Both the position numbers and the translations under genes were made by a program. The notes beneath the pieces were generated by a model that was given only the letters and a program-made list of their open reading frames with translations, ran no database searches and had not been told where the DNA came from. This document shows, in pieces, positions 43,868 to 54,700 of a DNA stretch of 64,000 bases. The stretch comes from Streptococcus sp. A12. Its GTDB lineage: Bacteria > Bacillota > Bacilli > Lactobacillales > Streptococcaceae. The stretch lies in the NCBI RefSeq assembly GCF_905372335.1, contig NZ_CAJPOU010000001.1, positions 1,665 to 65,664 on the forward strand, in the 5' to 3' direction. Numbering within the stretch: position 1 is the first letter of the stretch; every line of letters begins with the position of its first letter.

Positions 43868-44764
43868 ATGATGGATTTAGTATTATCAAGTTTATCTGAA
43901 GGTTTATTGTGGTCGATTATGGCCATTGGTATTTTCTTAACATTCCGCATTTTAGATATAGCGGATATGACAGCAGAAGGGGCTTTCCCGCTTGGGGCTG
44001 CAGTCGTTGCTTCCCAAATCCAAGTAGGGCAAAACCCTTGGCTAGCGACCCTCTTCTCGATTTTAGCAGGGATGCTAGCAGGATTGGTCTCTGGTATTCT
44101 TCATACCAAGATGAAGATCCCAGCGCTCTTAACAGGGATTGTGACTCTGACGGGTCTCTATTCGATCAATATTAAGATCATGGGGGGCGTCCCTAATTTA
44201 TCCATTGGAGATTCTAGTACCATTTTCAAGTCTGTGATGGGCTTGGGTTTGTCCAATGAGGAGGCTGTTTTTGCTGTTAGTATTGCTTGTTTGTTATTGG
44301 TCTGTCTGATTTTGACCCTCTTGATGAAAACCCAGATTGGTTTGGTTCTTCGTTCGACTGGTGACAATATCCCGATGAGTGAGGCCAATGGGGTGAATGT
44401 GGACACCATGAAGATTTTCGGTTACATGATTTCCAATGGCTTGGTGGCATTGTGTGGGGCTCTCTTCGCTCAGACAGATGGCTTCTCAGACGTGACTTCT
44501 GGTACAGGGACCATCGTCGTAGGTCTCAGTGCTGTTATTTTAGCAGAAGTCTTGATCCATGATTTGACCATTGGAGGACGCTTGCTTTCGATTGGAGTGG
44601 GGGCAATTGTCTACCGCCTCATTATCCTCAATATCTACGAAATTCCAAACCTAGACCAAAATTTGGTCCGTTTGTTTAACGCCATTCTCTTGGCCTTGGT
44701 CTTGTTCGCACCAGAAGCCCAGAAACGTCTCAAGATTCGTGGATTGAAATTAACCAGCAACTAG
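43868..44764 (+). CDS. ABC transporter permease (TrpY-like)
   Basis: DMTAEGAFPLG, LRSTGDN, GTGTIVVGL. Confidence 0.9.
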   Translation: MMDLVLSSLSEGLLWSIMAIGIFLTFRILDIADMTAEGAFPLGAAVVASQIQVGQNPWLATLFSILAGMLAGLVSGILHTKMKIPALLTGIVTLTGLYSINIKIMGGVPNLSIGDSSTIFKSVMGLGLSNEEAVFAVSIACLLLVCLILTLLMKTQIGLVLRSTGDNIPMSEANGVNVDTMKIFGYMISNGLVALCGALFAQTDGFSDVTSGTGTIVVGLSAVILAEVLIHDLTIGGRLLSIGVGAIVYRLIILNIYEIPNLDQNLVRLFNAILLALVLFAPEAQKRLKIRGLKLTSN

Positions 44765-44777
44765 AAGGAGAAGATAA

Positions 44778-45581
44778 ATGGCAACATTGTTAAAAATTGA
44801 AGATATCCATAAGACATTCGAAGCAGGTACGGTCAATGAAAATCATGTTCTCAAAGGCTTGGATCTGACAGTAGAAGAAGGAGATTTCATTTCTGTCATC
44901 GGAGGAAATGGAGCCGGTAAATCGACCTTGATGAATATTCTGGCAGGTGGCCTGCAAGTGGATCAAGGGGATATCATTTTGGAAGGGAAATCGATTAAGC
45001 AGACCAGTGTTCGGAAGCGTGCGAAAGATATTGCGCGTGTTTTCCAGGATCCTAAGATGGGGACGGCTTCCCGCTTGACCATTGAAGAGAATATGGCCAT
45101 TGCTAAAAAACGGGGAGCAAGACGGGGACTCAGTTGGGGGGTCAAAGAAAAAGACCGCGAAGAATTTAAAGCAGCCTTGAAGGAACTCAATATTGGTTTG
45201 GAAAATCGCCTCAAAGTGGACACGCAATACTTATCAGGGGGACAGCGGCAAGCTTTGACCTTGGTCATGGCAGCCTTGGTCAAACCAAAACTCTTGCTAC
45301 TGGATGAACATACTGCAGCGCTCGATCCCAAGACCAGTGAAATGGTCATGGAATTGACGCAAAAGATTGTGGAAAGCCATGATTTGACAACCTTGATGAT
45401 TACGCATGACATGAATCATGCCATCGCATATGGCAATCGTTTGATCATGCTCTACCAAGGCAAGATCGTGGTCGACGTTAAAGGAGAAGAAAAGAAGAAC
45501 CTGACGGTTGAAGACTTGATGCGCCTTTTCCATCAGAATAGTGGTGAAACCTTGGTGAGTGACGAATTGGTTTTAGGATAA
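44778..45581 (+). CDS. ABC transporter ATP-binding protein (TrpZ-like)
   Basis: GGNGAGKST, LSGGQRQ, LLLDEHTAALDP. Confidence 0.93.
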   Translation: MATLLKIEDIHKTFEAGTVNENHVLKGLDLTVEEGDFISVIGGNGAGKSTLMNILAGGLQVDQGDIILEGKSIKQTSVRKRAKDIARVFQDPKMGTASRLTIEENMAIAKKRGARRGLSWGVKEKDREEFKAALKELNIGLENRLKVDTQYLSGGQRQALTLVMAALVKPKLLLLDEHTAALDPKTSEMVMELTQKIVESHDLTTLMITHDMNHAIAYGNRLIMLYQGKIVVDVKGEEKKNLTVEDLMRLFHQNSGETLVSDELVLG

Positions 45582-45635
45582 ACGAAAAAGGATGGAGATT
45601 CCATCCTTTTTATTGATCTTGTCAGCCACATCAAG

Positions 45636-48600
45636 CTAAACCTGTTCCTTTTTCCCAACGAAGCTAGCTGTGAGGACAAGGCTAAGTCCTGCTAAGAAGA
45701 GGAGGTATGGACGTTGTTCCTGATTGGTTTTTGGAAGTTGTCTTTGCGAAGCCTGGTCTTGTTTAGAGTTGGGAACACTCATTATAGTATCATCGGCCTT
45801 CCTTAGACTTATGCTCTCTGAAACTGGCTTGTTTGGCTCCCTTCTTTCTGATAGAGTCGGCTCCACTTGTTCACTGGAGTCTGACTGGTAGACAATGGCA
45901 TAGGTTCCTAACTCTTGTGCCATGAATTCAATCATGCCCTCTCGTAGTGTAAATGCTAATGGTTGGAGTTCTTGATTAGGAGACAAGACATAGACTTGCT
46001 TCACTTCTTTTGATAGTGGAAGTCGAACCAATACACTTCCTTTTACTGGAACTGGATTCCCTTCTTTATCCTTGAGTTGAAGGTTGAAAGCATCGTAGGT
46101 TTTGCCAAAGAGTCCTTGGTCAAGGACCTTTTGAATCTCTAAATGACTGTCACTACCAATCTCATTTTCTCCACTAATGACCTCTACCTGGCTTGCTTGG
46201 TCTTTCAGTACTCGAAGGACATATTCAGGTAGAGAGTGGATAGTTGCCTCCTGTCCAGCAGTGCCGATTGGCTCTGTGTACTCAGGAAGGGTCACCACAG
46301 GTGGTTCTTGGTCTCCCAAACTTGTCACAATAGCCGGTAAGAGAGAGACGACCGGACTAGTGATGGTCTTTCCTCGGATGGCATAGGCTGAGATAATCTG
46401 AGTTTGTTTTTGATGAGCAGTTTCTGGGATCGGCAATTCAACTTGCTGGTCCTTAATCTCTAACACTCGATTTCCATCTGATAGGATGACGTGTTGCTCC
46501 TCCGTTTTTTTGAGGAAAACAGGATCTTTTTCCCCAGGGAAATGAAGGGCAATAGCATCCCACTCCCCAGACGGAAGTGTGAGGGTAATGGTCTGATCGC
46601 CTGCTTTTATTGGGGCCAGGCTTGGAGTACCGAGGGATACTGTTGACGGCTTCAGGATGTCAAATGAATCCAGAGAAATCATTTTTCTGTCATCAGGAGA
46701 GTTAGGATCGACTGTCAAGGTGAGGATATGATCTCCATTGCTTAAGTTTGAATACTCGCCAATTAACACATTCTTTTCATAGTCAGCACTTGAGTAGAAG
46801 TCCAAACTTGACATTTCTTTTCCATCTATGGTGACTAAGGCTTTTCCATAGTCAGAAGATTTTAAGCCGTAAATGTGAATACCTGTACCAGTGAAAGGAA
46901 TGGTTGCCTTGGCCTCTGAATACTGAGATGGATCCACGTTTTGGAGAGTCGCGTATTTTTCTGTCGTTTGATATAAGCCTGATTCGCTCCAGTCCTTGAA
47001 CAAGGATCCATAGTGGATACGAGAATCTCTGTCATCCATCTTTTCAACAGTCGCCCCTTGACCTGGATAGATTTTAAAGTAATCCAAGGAAATTTTTGAG
47101 CGTTCATTCCCTCGGTTCAAGTGTTCCTTCTTCACGGTTAGAGTCAGGAGGTGCTCTCCATCAGGAAGTCCTGTGAAACGACCGATTAGAGCACTTTTTT
47201 CCGTCTCTCCCGAGGTGTGGAAATCCAGGTCTCCTACTTTCTTGCCATCGATTTGAACTTCCGTTAGGCCTAATTCAGATGATTTGAGACCATAGATTTC
47301 AATTCCTCGTCCATTAAAAGAAATTCTAGCAGTAGCATCGTTGTTAGAATAACTATCGACAGTTAGGTCAGCATATTTTTCGGTTCCTGCAAATAGGTCA
47401 GCATCCTCCCAGTTATGGAAGGCAGGACCGTATTGAACACGAGGATCTCTGTCGTCCATCCATTCGACAACTGGTTGGATGGACGCAGATTCGGATACTT
47501 GTCTTGAGTGATCCCCATTTATGGCTCTAACAGTATAGCTATAGCTATGGAGAGAATCAATGGAGCGATCGATGAAATGAGTGACATTGGTTAGGAATTC
47601 CTTGATAGAAGGAGCATCACTGCTTTCGTTATTACTTTCTCGACGGATGACATAGTGGGTCGCATCTGCAACCGGATTGAAATCGAGTTCAGCAGTTACA
47701 GCATCCTTTCTCACAGCAGATAGGCGAGTGAGCCGCTCTGGTAACTTTTCAAAGGTGATCTGATCCCCTTTTTGAGTGGCAATCTGAATCCGATTGTCTT
47801 TGAGAAGAGTTGGTTTGATTTCTTTCCCGTTAATCTTGACAATACTTGATTCGATATCCGGATAATCGACCACTAAATCTCCACCTGCATGGGAAAGGAA
47901 AGCTAAAGTCTCAAGATTTTTTTCTTTCCATTTCATGCTGACTTCAAAGTTGCCACGGGCCACGAGACCTGAGACTTGACCGTCTTTCCAAGCATCTGGA
48001 AGGGCTGGTAATGGGGCAATATAGCCAGTGTGAGATTGAAGGAGCATTTCTGCCATCCCACTGGTTGCACCAAAGTTCCCATCGATTTGGAAAGGTGCAT
48101 GGGTATCCCAGAGGTTTTCTAGAGTTGAAGATTTTAGCTGTTCTGCCAATAAACGATGAGCGCGGTTTCCGTATAAGAGACGAGCCCAGAGGTTAATTTT
48201 ATTAGCCTTGGACCAACCTGTACCGCCATCTCCACGATGGTTTAAGGTTGCGCGTGCGGCCTCCAGATATTCAGGCTGGTCCTTATCAAATAGAGTACCT
48301 GGGAAGAGTCCAACTAGATGGGAAACGTGACGGTGATGATTTTCAATGCCTTCGTTGGTGAATTGAGGACTGTCTTCTTCGTACCATTCCTTGATACGGC
48401 CGTCTTGGTTGATGTGAAGAGGTTTTAACTTGTCAAATTTAGCCTTCACTTCTGTCACCAAATCTTGGTCGACCTTCAGATGATTGGCTGCTTCCATATA
48501 GTCTTGGAAGAGCTGCCAAACTAGAGATTGGTCAAAGGTATTCCCAATCGTGATAGTTCCATGTTCTGGCGAGTAGGATGGAGAAGAAACCCAACGGTCA

Positions 48601-50492
48601 CTAGCCTTGTCGTAGTGCAAGAAGGAATTCCAGAACTTAGCAGTTTCCTTGAGCATTGGATAAATCTTTTCTTTAAGATAAGTTTCATTCTTGGTGAATT
48701 TGTAGTAGTCATAGACGTTTTGCATCATCCAAGCATTGGCAGCAGGAGACCAACCCCAATAATAGTTCCAGCCAGGAGTAGTCCAGCCAAATGGTGTCGC
48801 CTGAGTATGAACCAACCAACCGTTTTCTTGACCTTCTTTGGATTCGATACCTGCATATTCTTTAGCAGCGATACGGCCATAATAGCGCATGTCATCGATA
48901 TAATTGATCATTGGCTTAGCTGTTTCTGCGAGATTACTCATATAGGCAGGCCAATAGTTCATTTGTAGGTTGACATTGAGGTGGTAGTCAGCGTTCCAAG
49001 GTGGATTATCTACAGCATTCCAGACTCCTTGCAAGTTGGCAGGGAGGGCGTCTGTCCGGTTACGAGAAGAACTGATCAGTAGGTAACGTCCGTATTGGAA
49101 GAAGAGTTCTTCTAGTTTTTGCCCTTTTGTTGGATTATAGGTTTGGAGAGCTTCTTTTGTCGTTTGGCTAGACTTGTTGCCACCCAGATTCAGTTGGACA
49201 CGATTGAAGAGACGCTGGTAGTCCTCGATGTGGTCATGTTTCAGAGTTTCATAATCTTTGGCTTTAGCAGCCTCGACGATCGATTTGACAGTAACTTCTA
49301 CATCAATATCTTTGCGGTAATTGGTTTTTGGATTTTGAGCATAATTAGTCTTGGCACTGAGTAAAAGGGTCGCATAGCTGGCTCCAGTGACAGTCAAATA
49401 GCCATCTTGGGCAGTGACTTGTCCGTCTGTCTTGATTCCAAGATAGGAGGCAAATTGAAGGCCATTGTCTTTGACAGTCCCCTTGAGGAAGATACCATTT
49501 GAATCGGTCGTGACTGTCCCTTGTTTATAATTCGAATATTCCCAAGAGTAGTCACCATTCGCAAGTAAATCCTCTGTCAAGCTATTCCAAAGGGTAAAAT
49601 CGAGGGTCTTATCCCCTTTTTTACTCAAATGGGTCACAGTAACATCATCTGGATAGCTAGAGAAGGTTTCGCGTTTAAAGGTGGTTCCATCCTGGCTATA
49701 AGAAGTAGTCGTGATAGCTTCGGTAATATCTAAGTCACGGTGATAGTCGGTAACGTTCTCCAAACCTTTCTTTTGGTTGTTAAAGACCATAAAGATATCA
49801 CCGAAAGATAAGTAGCGTCCGTATTGAGAGTTGTTTGGGCCTACTAGATTTTCTTCGGCTAACTGTTTCGCTTTTTTGCTGTCTCCAGCTTCAAGGGCCT
49901 TACGGATTTCTGCTAAGACTTTGTAGCGATCTTGATAGTTTCCCCCGTTGTAGTCGGTGCTATCCGGTTGTGGTCCACCAGACCAAAGAGTTTTTTCGTT
50001 GTATTGAATTCTCTCCTCGCCGATGAGTCCGAAAACCTTAGCGCCCATTTCTCCATTTCCGACTGGGAGAGCTTGTTTTTCCCACCCATCATAGGTAGCA
50101 GCAGCAGGTTGATTGTAGCTTAAATGATAATCTGTTTGTTTGGTCACGGGAGTCTCAACTTTCATAGTTTCCCTTTCTTCATTTGGCTCAATCGAAGTAG
50201 TCGAAGTGGCTGTATGCTTGCTTTGAACTTCTGTATCAGGTGACGAGCTTTTTTCTTCAGAAATAGGAGCGATATACGGATTTTCTGGTTTGGCTTCTCC
50301 GGTTCCATCAGTCGGGCTCTCTATGGCTGGGGCAGCTTCAAGGTGGTTGCTTTCGTTTTGGCTTCCAACAATACTATCAGCACCTACCTGGTGTGAGCCG
50401 AGAAAAATGGCTCCTAATAAAACAGAAGCCGTACCAACAGTTAGTTTGCGGATACTATAACGACAGGATTTTTCCAAAAATCTTTGGTCCAT
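45636..50492 (-). CDS. Cell-wall anchored GH95 alpha-L-fucosidase
   Basis: YSIRK signal; ALPVGNG, FQYGRYLLISSSR, HRHVSHL, PFQIDGNFG; LPKTN sortase motif, TM and basic tail. Confidence 0.92.
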   Translation of the reverse strand: MDQRFLEKSCRYSIRKLTVGTASVLLGAIFLGSHQVGADSIVGSQNESNHLEAAPAIESPTDGTGEAKPENPYIAPISEEKSSSPDTEVQSKHTATSTTSIEPNEERETMKVETPVTKQTDYHLSYNQPAAATYDGWEKQALPVGNGEMGAKVFGLIGEERIQYNEKTLWSGGPQPDSTDYNGGNYQDRYKVLAEIRKALEAGDSKKAKQLAEENLVGPNNSQYGRYLSFGDIFMVFNNQKKGLENVTDYHRDLDITEAITTTSYSQDGTTFKRETFSSYPDDVTVTHLSKKGDKTLDFTLWNSLTEDLLANGDYSWEYSNYKQGTVTTDSNGIFLKGTVKDNGLQFASYLGIKTDGQVTAQDGYLTVTGASYATLLLSAKTNYAQNPKTNYRKDIDVEVTVKSIVEAAKAKDYETLKHDHIEDYQRLFNRVQLNLGGNKSSQTTKEALQTYNPTKGQKLEELFFQYGRYLLISSSRNRTDALPANLQGVWNAVDNPPWNADYHLNVNLQMNYWPAYMSNLAETAKPMINYIDDMRYYGRIAAKEYAGIESKEGQENGWLVHTQATPFGWTTPGWNYYWGWSPAANAWMMQNVYDYYKFTKNETYLKEKIYPMLKETAKFWNSFLHYDKASDRWVSSPSYSPEHGTITIGNTFDQSLVWQLFQDYMEAANHLKVDQDLVTEVKAKFDKLKPLHINQDGRIKEWYEEDSPQFTNEGIENHHRHVSHLVGLFPGTLFDKDQPEYLEAARATLNHRGDGGTGWSKANKINLWARLLYGNRAHRLLAEQLKSSTLENLWDTHAPFQIDGNFGATSGMAEMLLQSHTGYIAPLPALPDAWKDGQVSGLVARGNFEVSMKWKEKNLETLAFLSHAGGDLVVDYPDIESSIVKINGKEIKPTLLKDNRIQIATQKGDQITFEKLPERLTRLSAVRKDAVTAELDFNPVADATHYVIRRESNNESSDAPSIKEFLTNVTHFIDRSIDSLHSYSYTVRAINGDHSRQVSESASIQPVVEWMDDRDPRVQYGPAFHNWEDADLFAGTEKYADLTVDSYSNNDATARISFNGRGIEIYGLKSSELGLTEVQIDGKKVGDLDFHTSGETEKSALIGRFTGLPDGEHLLTLTVKKEHLNRGNERSKISLDYFKIYPGQGATVEKMDDRDSRIHYGSLFKDWSESGLYQTTEKYATLQNVDPSQYSEAKATIPFTGTGIHIYGLKSSDYGKALVTIDGKEMSSLDFYSSADYEKNVLIGEYSNLSNGDHILTLTVDPNSPDDRKMISLDSFDILKPSTVSLGTPSLAPIKAGDQTITLTLPSGEWDAIALHFPGEKDPVFLKKTEEQHVILSDGNRVLEIKDQQVELPIPETAHQKQTQIISAYAIRGKTITSPVVSLLPAIVTSLGDQEPPVVTLPEYTEPIGTAGQEATIHSLPEYVLRVLKDQASQVEVISGENEIGSDSHLEIQKVLDQGLFGKTYDAFNLQLKDKEGNPVPVKGSVLVRLPLSKEVKQVYVLSPNQELQPLAFTLREGMIEFMAQELGTYAIVYQSDSSEQVEPTLSERREPNKPVSESISLRKADDTIMSVPNSKQDQASQRQLPKTNQEQRPYLLFLAGLSLVLTASFVGKKEQV

Positions 50493-50512
50493 AGAACTCT
50501 TCTCTATTCTTT

Positions 50513-50526
50513 TGAGACCGCTTACA
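50513..50526 (-). promoter_or_regulatory. Putative cre (CcpA) site upstream of the fucosidase
   Basis: TGTAAGCGGTCTCA, 20 nt upstream of the start codon. Confidence 0.65.
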
Positions 50527-50714
50527 TTTTCAATTAAAGACAGTCCCTTCATATTTATTTCTATCATACCCAATTTAATAGGGAAACAGGAAAATGTCAA
50601 TAGCTTTTAGGTAAGATGCATATTTGAGAGTGTTATTTCTTGAAATAGTAGAGAAATACGAGATAAATAAGCTATTATTTAGGACTGAAAATGGTTTTCA
50701 TTTTCGGATATCGT

Positions 50715-50744
50715 AAAAAAACAGTTGAGTCCATTCTCAACTGT
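50715..50744 (-). terminator. Intrinsic terminator after the treR remnant
   Basis: acagttgag-6 nt-ctcaactgt plus U-tract on the minus strand. Confidence 0.75.
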
Positions 50745-50756
50745 CAGAGGAGTACT

Positions 50757-50921
50757 TTATTTTTGATTTCTTTTTGCATAGTCGACAAAATGGAATTTAT
50801 CTAATTTGTGACGGCTTTCAGTGAACTGGAATTGGCGTCCGTCTGCTAGGTGAACTTGGGAGCGGACCGTCACCACGTGTTGGTCTTTTCCAAGATCCAG
50901 TAAGATTTTGTTGCGATTATC
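50757..50921 (-). pseudogene. treR: 3' remnant of trehalose operon repressor (GntR/UTRA)
   Basis: Hand translation DNRNKILLDLGKDQHVVTVRSQVHLADGRQFQFTESRHKLDKFHFVDYAKRNQK*; 5' part absent. Confidence 0.75.
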
Positions 50922-51154
50922 GATTAGTGAGATCAAGATTCTTAAGATATTAAAAAAAAGAAAACGGCTCTTCGTTTTCTTTTTTTGCCATAGAAAATAG
51001 GTAAGAGTAACAGCGACTGGAAGGGCCTGTACTAATACAATGGGTTGAAATTGAAAAACAGTTTATTTTCTAAAAAATCATTAAAATCCTTTTATTCACA
51101 AGGAATCATGGTATAATAAAACCATAAAACGTTTTCAAGAGAGAAGGACAAGAC

Positions 51155-51949
51155 ATGGAAAATGAAACAGTTGACTATGGAAAAGTAACAGGAATGGTAC
51201 ACTCTACGGAAAGCTTCGGTGCAGTGGATGGACCAGGGATCCGTTTTATTGTCTTTCTTCAAGGCTGTCAAATGCGGTGTCAGTATTGCCATAACCCTGA
51301 TACTTGGGCTATGGAAACCAACATGTCTAGAGAACGAACAGTAGATGATGTATTGGAAGAAGCCCTCCGCTATCGTGGATTTTGGGGTCAAAAAGGTGGG
51401 ATCACGGTCAGTGGTGGAGAAGCCCTCTTACAGATAGACTTTTTGATTGCCCTCTTTACTAAGGCTCAAGAGTTGGGCATTCACTGCACGCTCGATACCT
51501 GTGCTCTGCCTTTCCGCAATACCCCTCGTTACCTGGAAAAATTTGATAAATTAATGGCAGTGACAGACTTGGTGCTTCTGGATATCAAGGAAATTAACGA
51601 TGAACGGCACAGATTTGTAACCAGTCAGACAAACAAGAATATTTTGGCCTGTGCCAAGTACTTGTCTGATATTGGAAAACCCGTCTGGATTCGCCACGTC
51701 TTGGTACCAGGCTTAACAGACCGCGATGATGATTTGATCGAACTTGGGAAATTTGTTAAAACCCTCAAAAATGTTGATAAATTTGAAATTCTGCCTTACC
51801 ATACTATGGGGGAATTCAAATGGCGGGAATTGGGCATTCCATACAAGTTGGAGGGTGTGAAACCACCGACAAAAGAACGGGTTCAAAATGCGAAGGACTT
51901 GATGGAAACGGAAAGTTACCAAGATTACCTGAAACGGGTTAAAGGATAA
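51155..51949 (+). CDS. pflA: Pyruvate formate-lyase activating enzyme
   Basis: DGPGIRFIVFLQGCQMRCQYCHNPDTW. Confidence 0.97.
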   Translation: MENETVDYGKVTGMVHSTESFGAVDGPGIRFIVFLQGCQMRCQYCHNPDTWAMETNMSRERTVDDVLEEALRYRGFWGQKGGITVSGGEALLQIDFLIALFTKAQELGIHCTLDTCALPFRNTPRYLEKFDKLMAVTDLVLLDIKEINDERHRFVTSQTNKNILACAKYLSDIGKPVWIRHVLVPGLTDRDDDLIELGKFVKTLKNVDKFEILPYHTMGEFKWRELGIPYKLEGVKPPTKERVQNAKDLMETESYQDYLKRVKG

Positions 51950-52077
51950 AATAAATCGAGACAGTTGGTCCTTTCAGCTGTCTTTTTCTGATGAAATGAA
52001 CAACTATTCCCTTTCTTTAAACGGAAAAACGTGCTAAAATAGAGTGAATATACAAATGAAAATGAAGAGGTAGAAAC

Positions 52078-53013
52078 ATGTCAAAAATTCTCGTTTTTGG
52101 TCACCAAAATCCTGACTCAGATGCCATCGGCTCATCTGTAGCTTTTGCTTATCTTGCAAAAGAAGCTTATGGTTTGGATACAGAAGCAGTGGCTCTTGGA
52201 ACTCCAAATGAAGAAACAGCTTTCGTGTTGGACTATTTTGGTGTGGAAGCACCACGCGTCATCACATCAGCTAAAGCAGAAGGTGCAGAGCAAGTCATCT
52301 TGACGGACCACAATGAATTCCAACAATCTGTTTCAGATATCGCTGAAGTAGAAGTATATGGTGTGGTGGATCACCACCGTGTGGCTAATTTTGAAACTGC
52401 CAGCCCACTTTACATGCGCTTGGAACCAGTTGGATCAGCTTCATCTATCGTTTACCGCATGTTCAAAGAGCATGGTGTAGCTGTTCCTAAAGAAATCGCA
52501 GGTTTGATGCTTTCAGGTTTGATTTCAGATACTCTTCTTTTGAAATCACCAACAACACACCCATCCGATAAAGTCATTGCTCCTGAGTTGGCAGAATTAG
52601 CAGGTGTGAACTTGGAAGAGTACGGTCTTGCTATGTTGAAGGCTGGTACAGACTTGGCCAGCAAATCTGCTGAAGAATTGATTGACATCGATGCTAAGAC
52701 TTTTGAACTCAACGGAAATAAGATTCGTGTTGCCCAAGTCAATACTGTTGATATTGCTGAAGTCTTGGAACGCCAAGCAGAAATCGAAGTAGCAATGCAA
52801 GAGGCTAATGCGGCAAACGGCTACTCAGATTTTGTTTTGATGATTACAGACATCGTCAATTCAAACTCAGAAATTTTGGCTCTTGGTTCAAACATGGACA
52901 AGGTCCAAGCAGCTTTCAACTTCAAACTTGAAAACAACCACGCTTTCCTTCCAGGTGCTGTTTCACGTAAGAAACAAGTGGTGCCTCAGTTGACTGAAAG
53001 CTTTAATGGGTAA
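52078..53013 (+). CDS. ppaC: Manganese-dependent inorganic pyrophosphatase
   Basis: [19 protein letters not shown]. Confidence 0.98.
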   Translation: MSKILVFGHQNPDSDAIGSSVAFAYLAKEAYGLDTEAVALGTPNEETAFVLDYFGVEAPRVITSAKAEGAEQVILTDHNEFQQSVSDIAEVEVYGVVDHHRVANFETASPLYMRLEPVGSASSIVYRMFKEHGVAVPKEIAGLMLSGLISDTLLLKSPTTHPSDKVIAPELAELAGVNLEEYGLAMLKAGTDLASKSAEELIDIDAKTFELNGNKIRVAQVNTVDIAEVLERQAEIEVAMQEANAANGYSDFVLMITDIVNSNSEILALGSNMDKVQAAFNFKLENNHAFLPGAVSRKKQVVPQLTESFNG

Positions 53014-53066
53014 TTCTTAATGAATATTTGGAACTGTTAATTTGACTATTTATAGAAGGTGATAGC

Positions 53067-53393
53067 ATGATGCGATTGATTGAAGGACTGCGCTTTTTGG
53101 TTGAGGTTGTGGCAATCCTTGGTCTTTTCTCCGTATCTGTGATACAAATTTCTTGGCTGGAAAAATTCCTATTTTTTCTTCTAGCAGTTCTATTAATCTT
53201 ATTTTGGGCGCGATACATGGCACCAAAATCTCCATATGCTTTTAAAAAATGGCATCGCCTTGTTGCTGAGACGTCGATTTTTATTTTAGTTAGTGGTAGT
53301 TTTTGGCATTTGTATGGATTGCAAATAGGAATCCAATACTTAGTTCTGTCTTTTGGAAGTTTGGGTCTGCTTTATTATTTTCAGCTAGAGTGA
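53067..53393 (+). CDS. YrdB/DUF2568-like small membrane protein
   Basis: LRFLVE and WARYMAPKS; hydrophobic. Confidence 0.75.
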   Translation: MMRLIEGLRFLVEVVAILGLFSVSVIQISWLEKFLFFLLAVLLILFWARYMAPKSPYAFKKWHRLVAETSIFILVSGSFWHLYGLQIGIQYLVLSFGSLGLLYYFQLE

Positions 53394-53515
53394 TTCTTAT
53401 AATATAGTTAATGAATTATTTAAATGGTAATTATTTGACTGGAGATTGACACGAGAAAACGGTGTTTTCCATATAGCTAAAGGGGTTTCGGCTCCTTTTT
53501 TTCTAGGAGAGAAAG

Positions 53516-54028
53516 ATGTTAGAAAATGGCGATTTGATTTTTGTGAAGGACCTTTCAGATATGGGTCAGGCCATCCAGGCTTCTACTGGGAACTATAGTC
53601 ATGTAGCAATCTTTTTGGACGGTTTCATCTACCATGCTAGTGGGCAAGCTGGTGTCATTTGTCAAGAACCGGCTGAATTTTTTGAACCAACTCATCTCTA
53701 CGATCTTTATGTCTATCCAGAGCTGGAAGCTGACTTGGTAAAGGAGAGAGCTAGCAAACATTTGGGTGCACCCTATAATGCCTCTTTTTATCCAGATGGG
53801 TCTGGCTTTTACTGCTCTCAGTACATCGCTGAAATCCTACCGATTTTTGAAACTATTCCCATGAAATTTGGGGATGGGGAGCAGGAGATTAGTGATTTTT
53901 GGAGGGAATATTACAGCAAACTCGAACTTTCTGTGCCTCTGAATCAACCAGGGACCAATCCTAGTCAACTAGCAGCATCCCCTCTTTTAGAATGTAAAGA
54001 AAGGAATCTTCATGATTCAGATTTTTAA
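53516..54028 (+). CDS. YiiX/YebB-like permuted papain (NlpC/P60) protein
   Basis: GDLIF, YSHVAI, FYCSQ. Confidence 0.88.
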   Translation: MLENGDLIFVKDLSDMGQAIQASTGNYSHVAIFLDGFIYHASGQAGVICQEPAEFFEPTHLYDLYVYPELEADLVKERASKHLGAPYNASFYPDGSGFYCSQYIAEILPIFETIPMKFGDGEQEISDFWREYYSKLELSVPLNQPGTNPSQLAASPLLECKERNLHDSDF

Positions 54029-54662
54029 TCCCTCCCGTTTGACTCGGAAGCCATTTTTTATAGATTTGGTGGACTATCTGGACCAGCATGATGATGTGAT
54101 CCTCCGAGAAATCAAGGCCCAGTTTCCAGATCGGCCAGTAGACAAGCTGATGGAAGAGTATATCAAAGCGGGCTTCATCCTTCGAGAAAATAAACGCTAC
54201 ACTCTCAATTTGCCTTTCTTAGAGTCAGCTGATCGAGTTGAACTGGATCAAGAGGTCTTTGTTCGAGAGGACAGTGCAGTTTATCAAGAATTAAAAGCCA
54301 AGGTCTTCCAAACAGAACTCCACAATACTACCAATGCAGCAATTCTCATAGAGGAGACTGACTTCGAACGAAATGCACAGACACTTTCCAATTACTTCTA
54401 CAAGGTGCAACACCAATATCCATTGACAGAGGAACAAGAAAAGCTCTATGCTATTTTGGGCGATGTCAATCCCGAGTATGCTCTCAAGTATATGACCAGC
54501 TTTTTGCTCAAGTTCCTCAAAAAAGAAGTAGTCCAGCAAAAGCGCAGAGACATCTTTGTCGATAGTTTAGAAGTCTTAGGCTATATCCGCAAAAATGATG
54601 AAGGCAAATATGAATTAGCAGTGGACTTGGACAAGGAAAGGCTGATGTTTATCAAACAATAA
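54012..54662 (+). CDS. DUF1803-like streptococcal protein
   Basis: TLSNYF and LGDVNPEYALKYMTSFLLKF. Confidence 0.75.
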   Translation: MIQIFNPSRLTRKPFFIDLVDYLDQHDDVILREIKAQFPDRPVDKLMEEYIKAGFILRENKRYTLNLPFLESADRVELDQEVFVREDSAVYQELKAKVFQTELHNTTNAAILIEETDFERNAQTLSNYFYKVQHQYPLTEEQEKLYAILGDVNPEYALKYMTSFLLKFLKKEVVQQKRRDIFVDSLEVLGYIRKNDEGKYELAVDLDKERLMFIKQ

Positions 54663-54700
54663 ACAAGGCTAGGAAAATTTCCTAGCCTTGTTTCGTTTGA

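Noticed and set aside
50493..50600. Longer start for the GH95 gene
   Set aside because: YSIRK motif spacing and the cre-like site favour the ATG at 50492.
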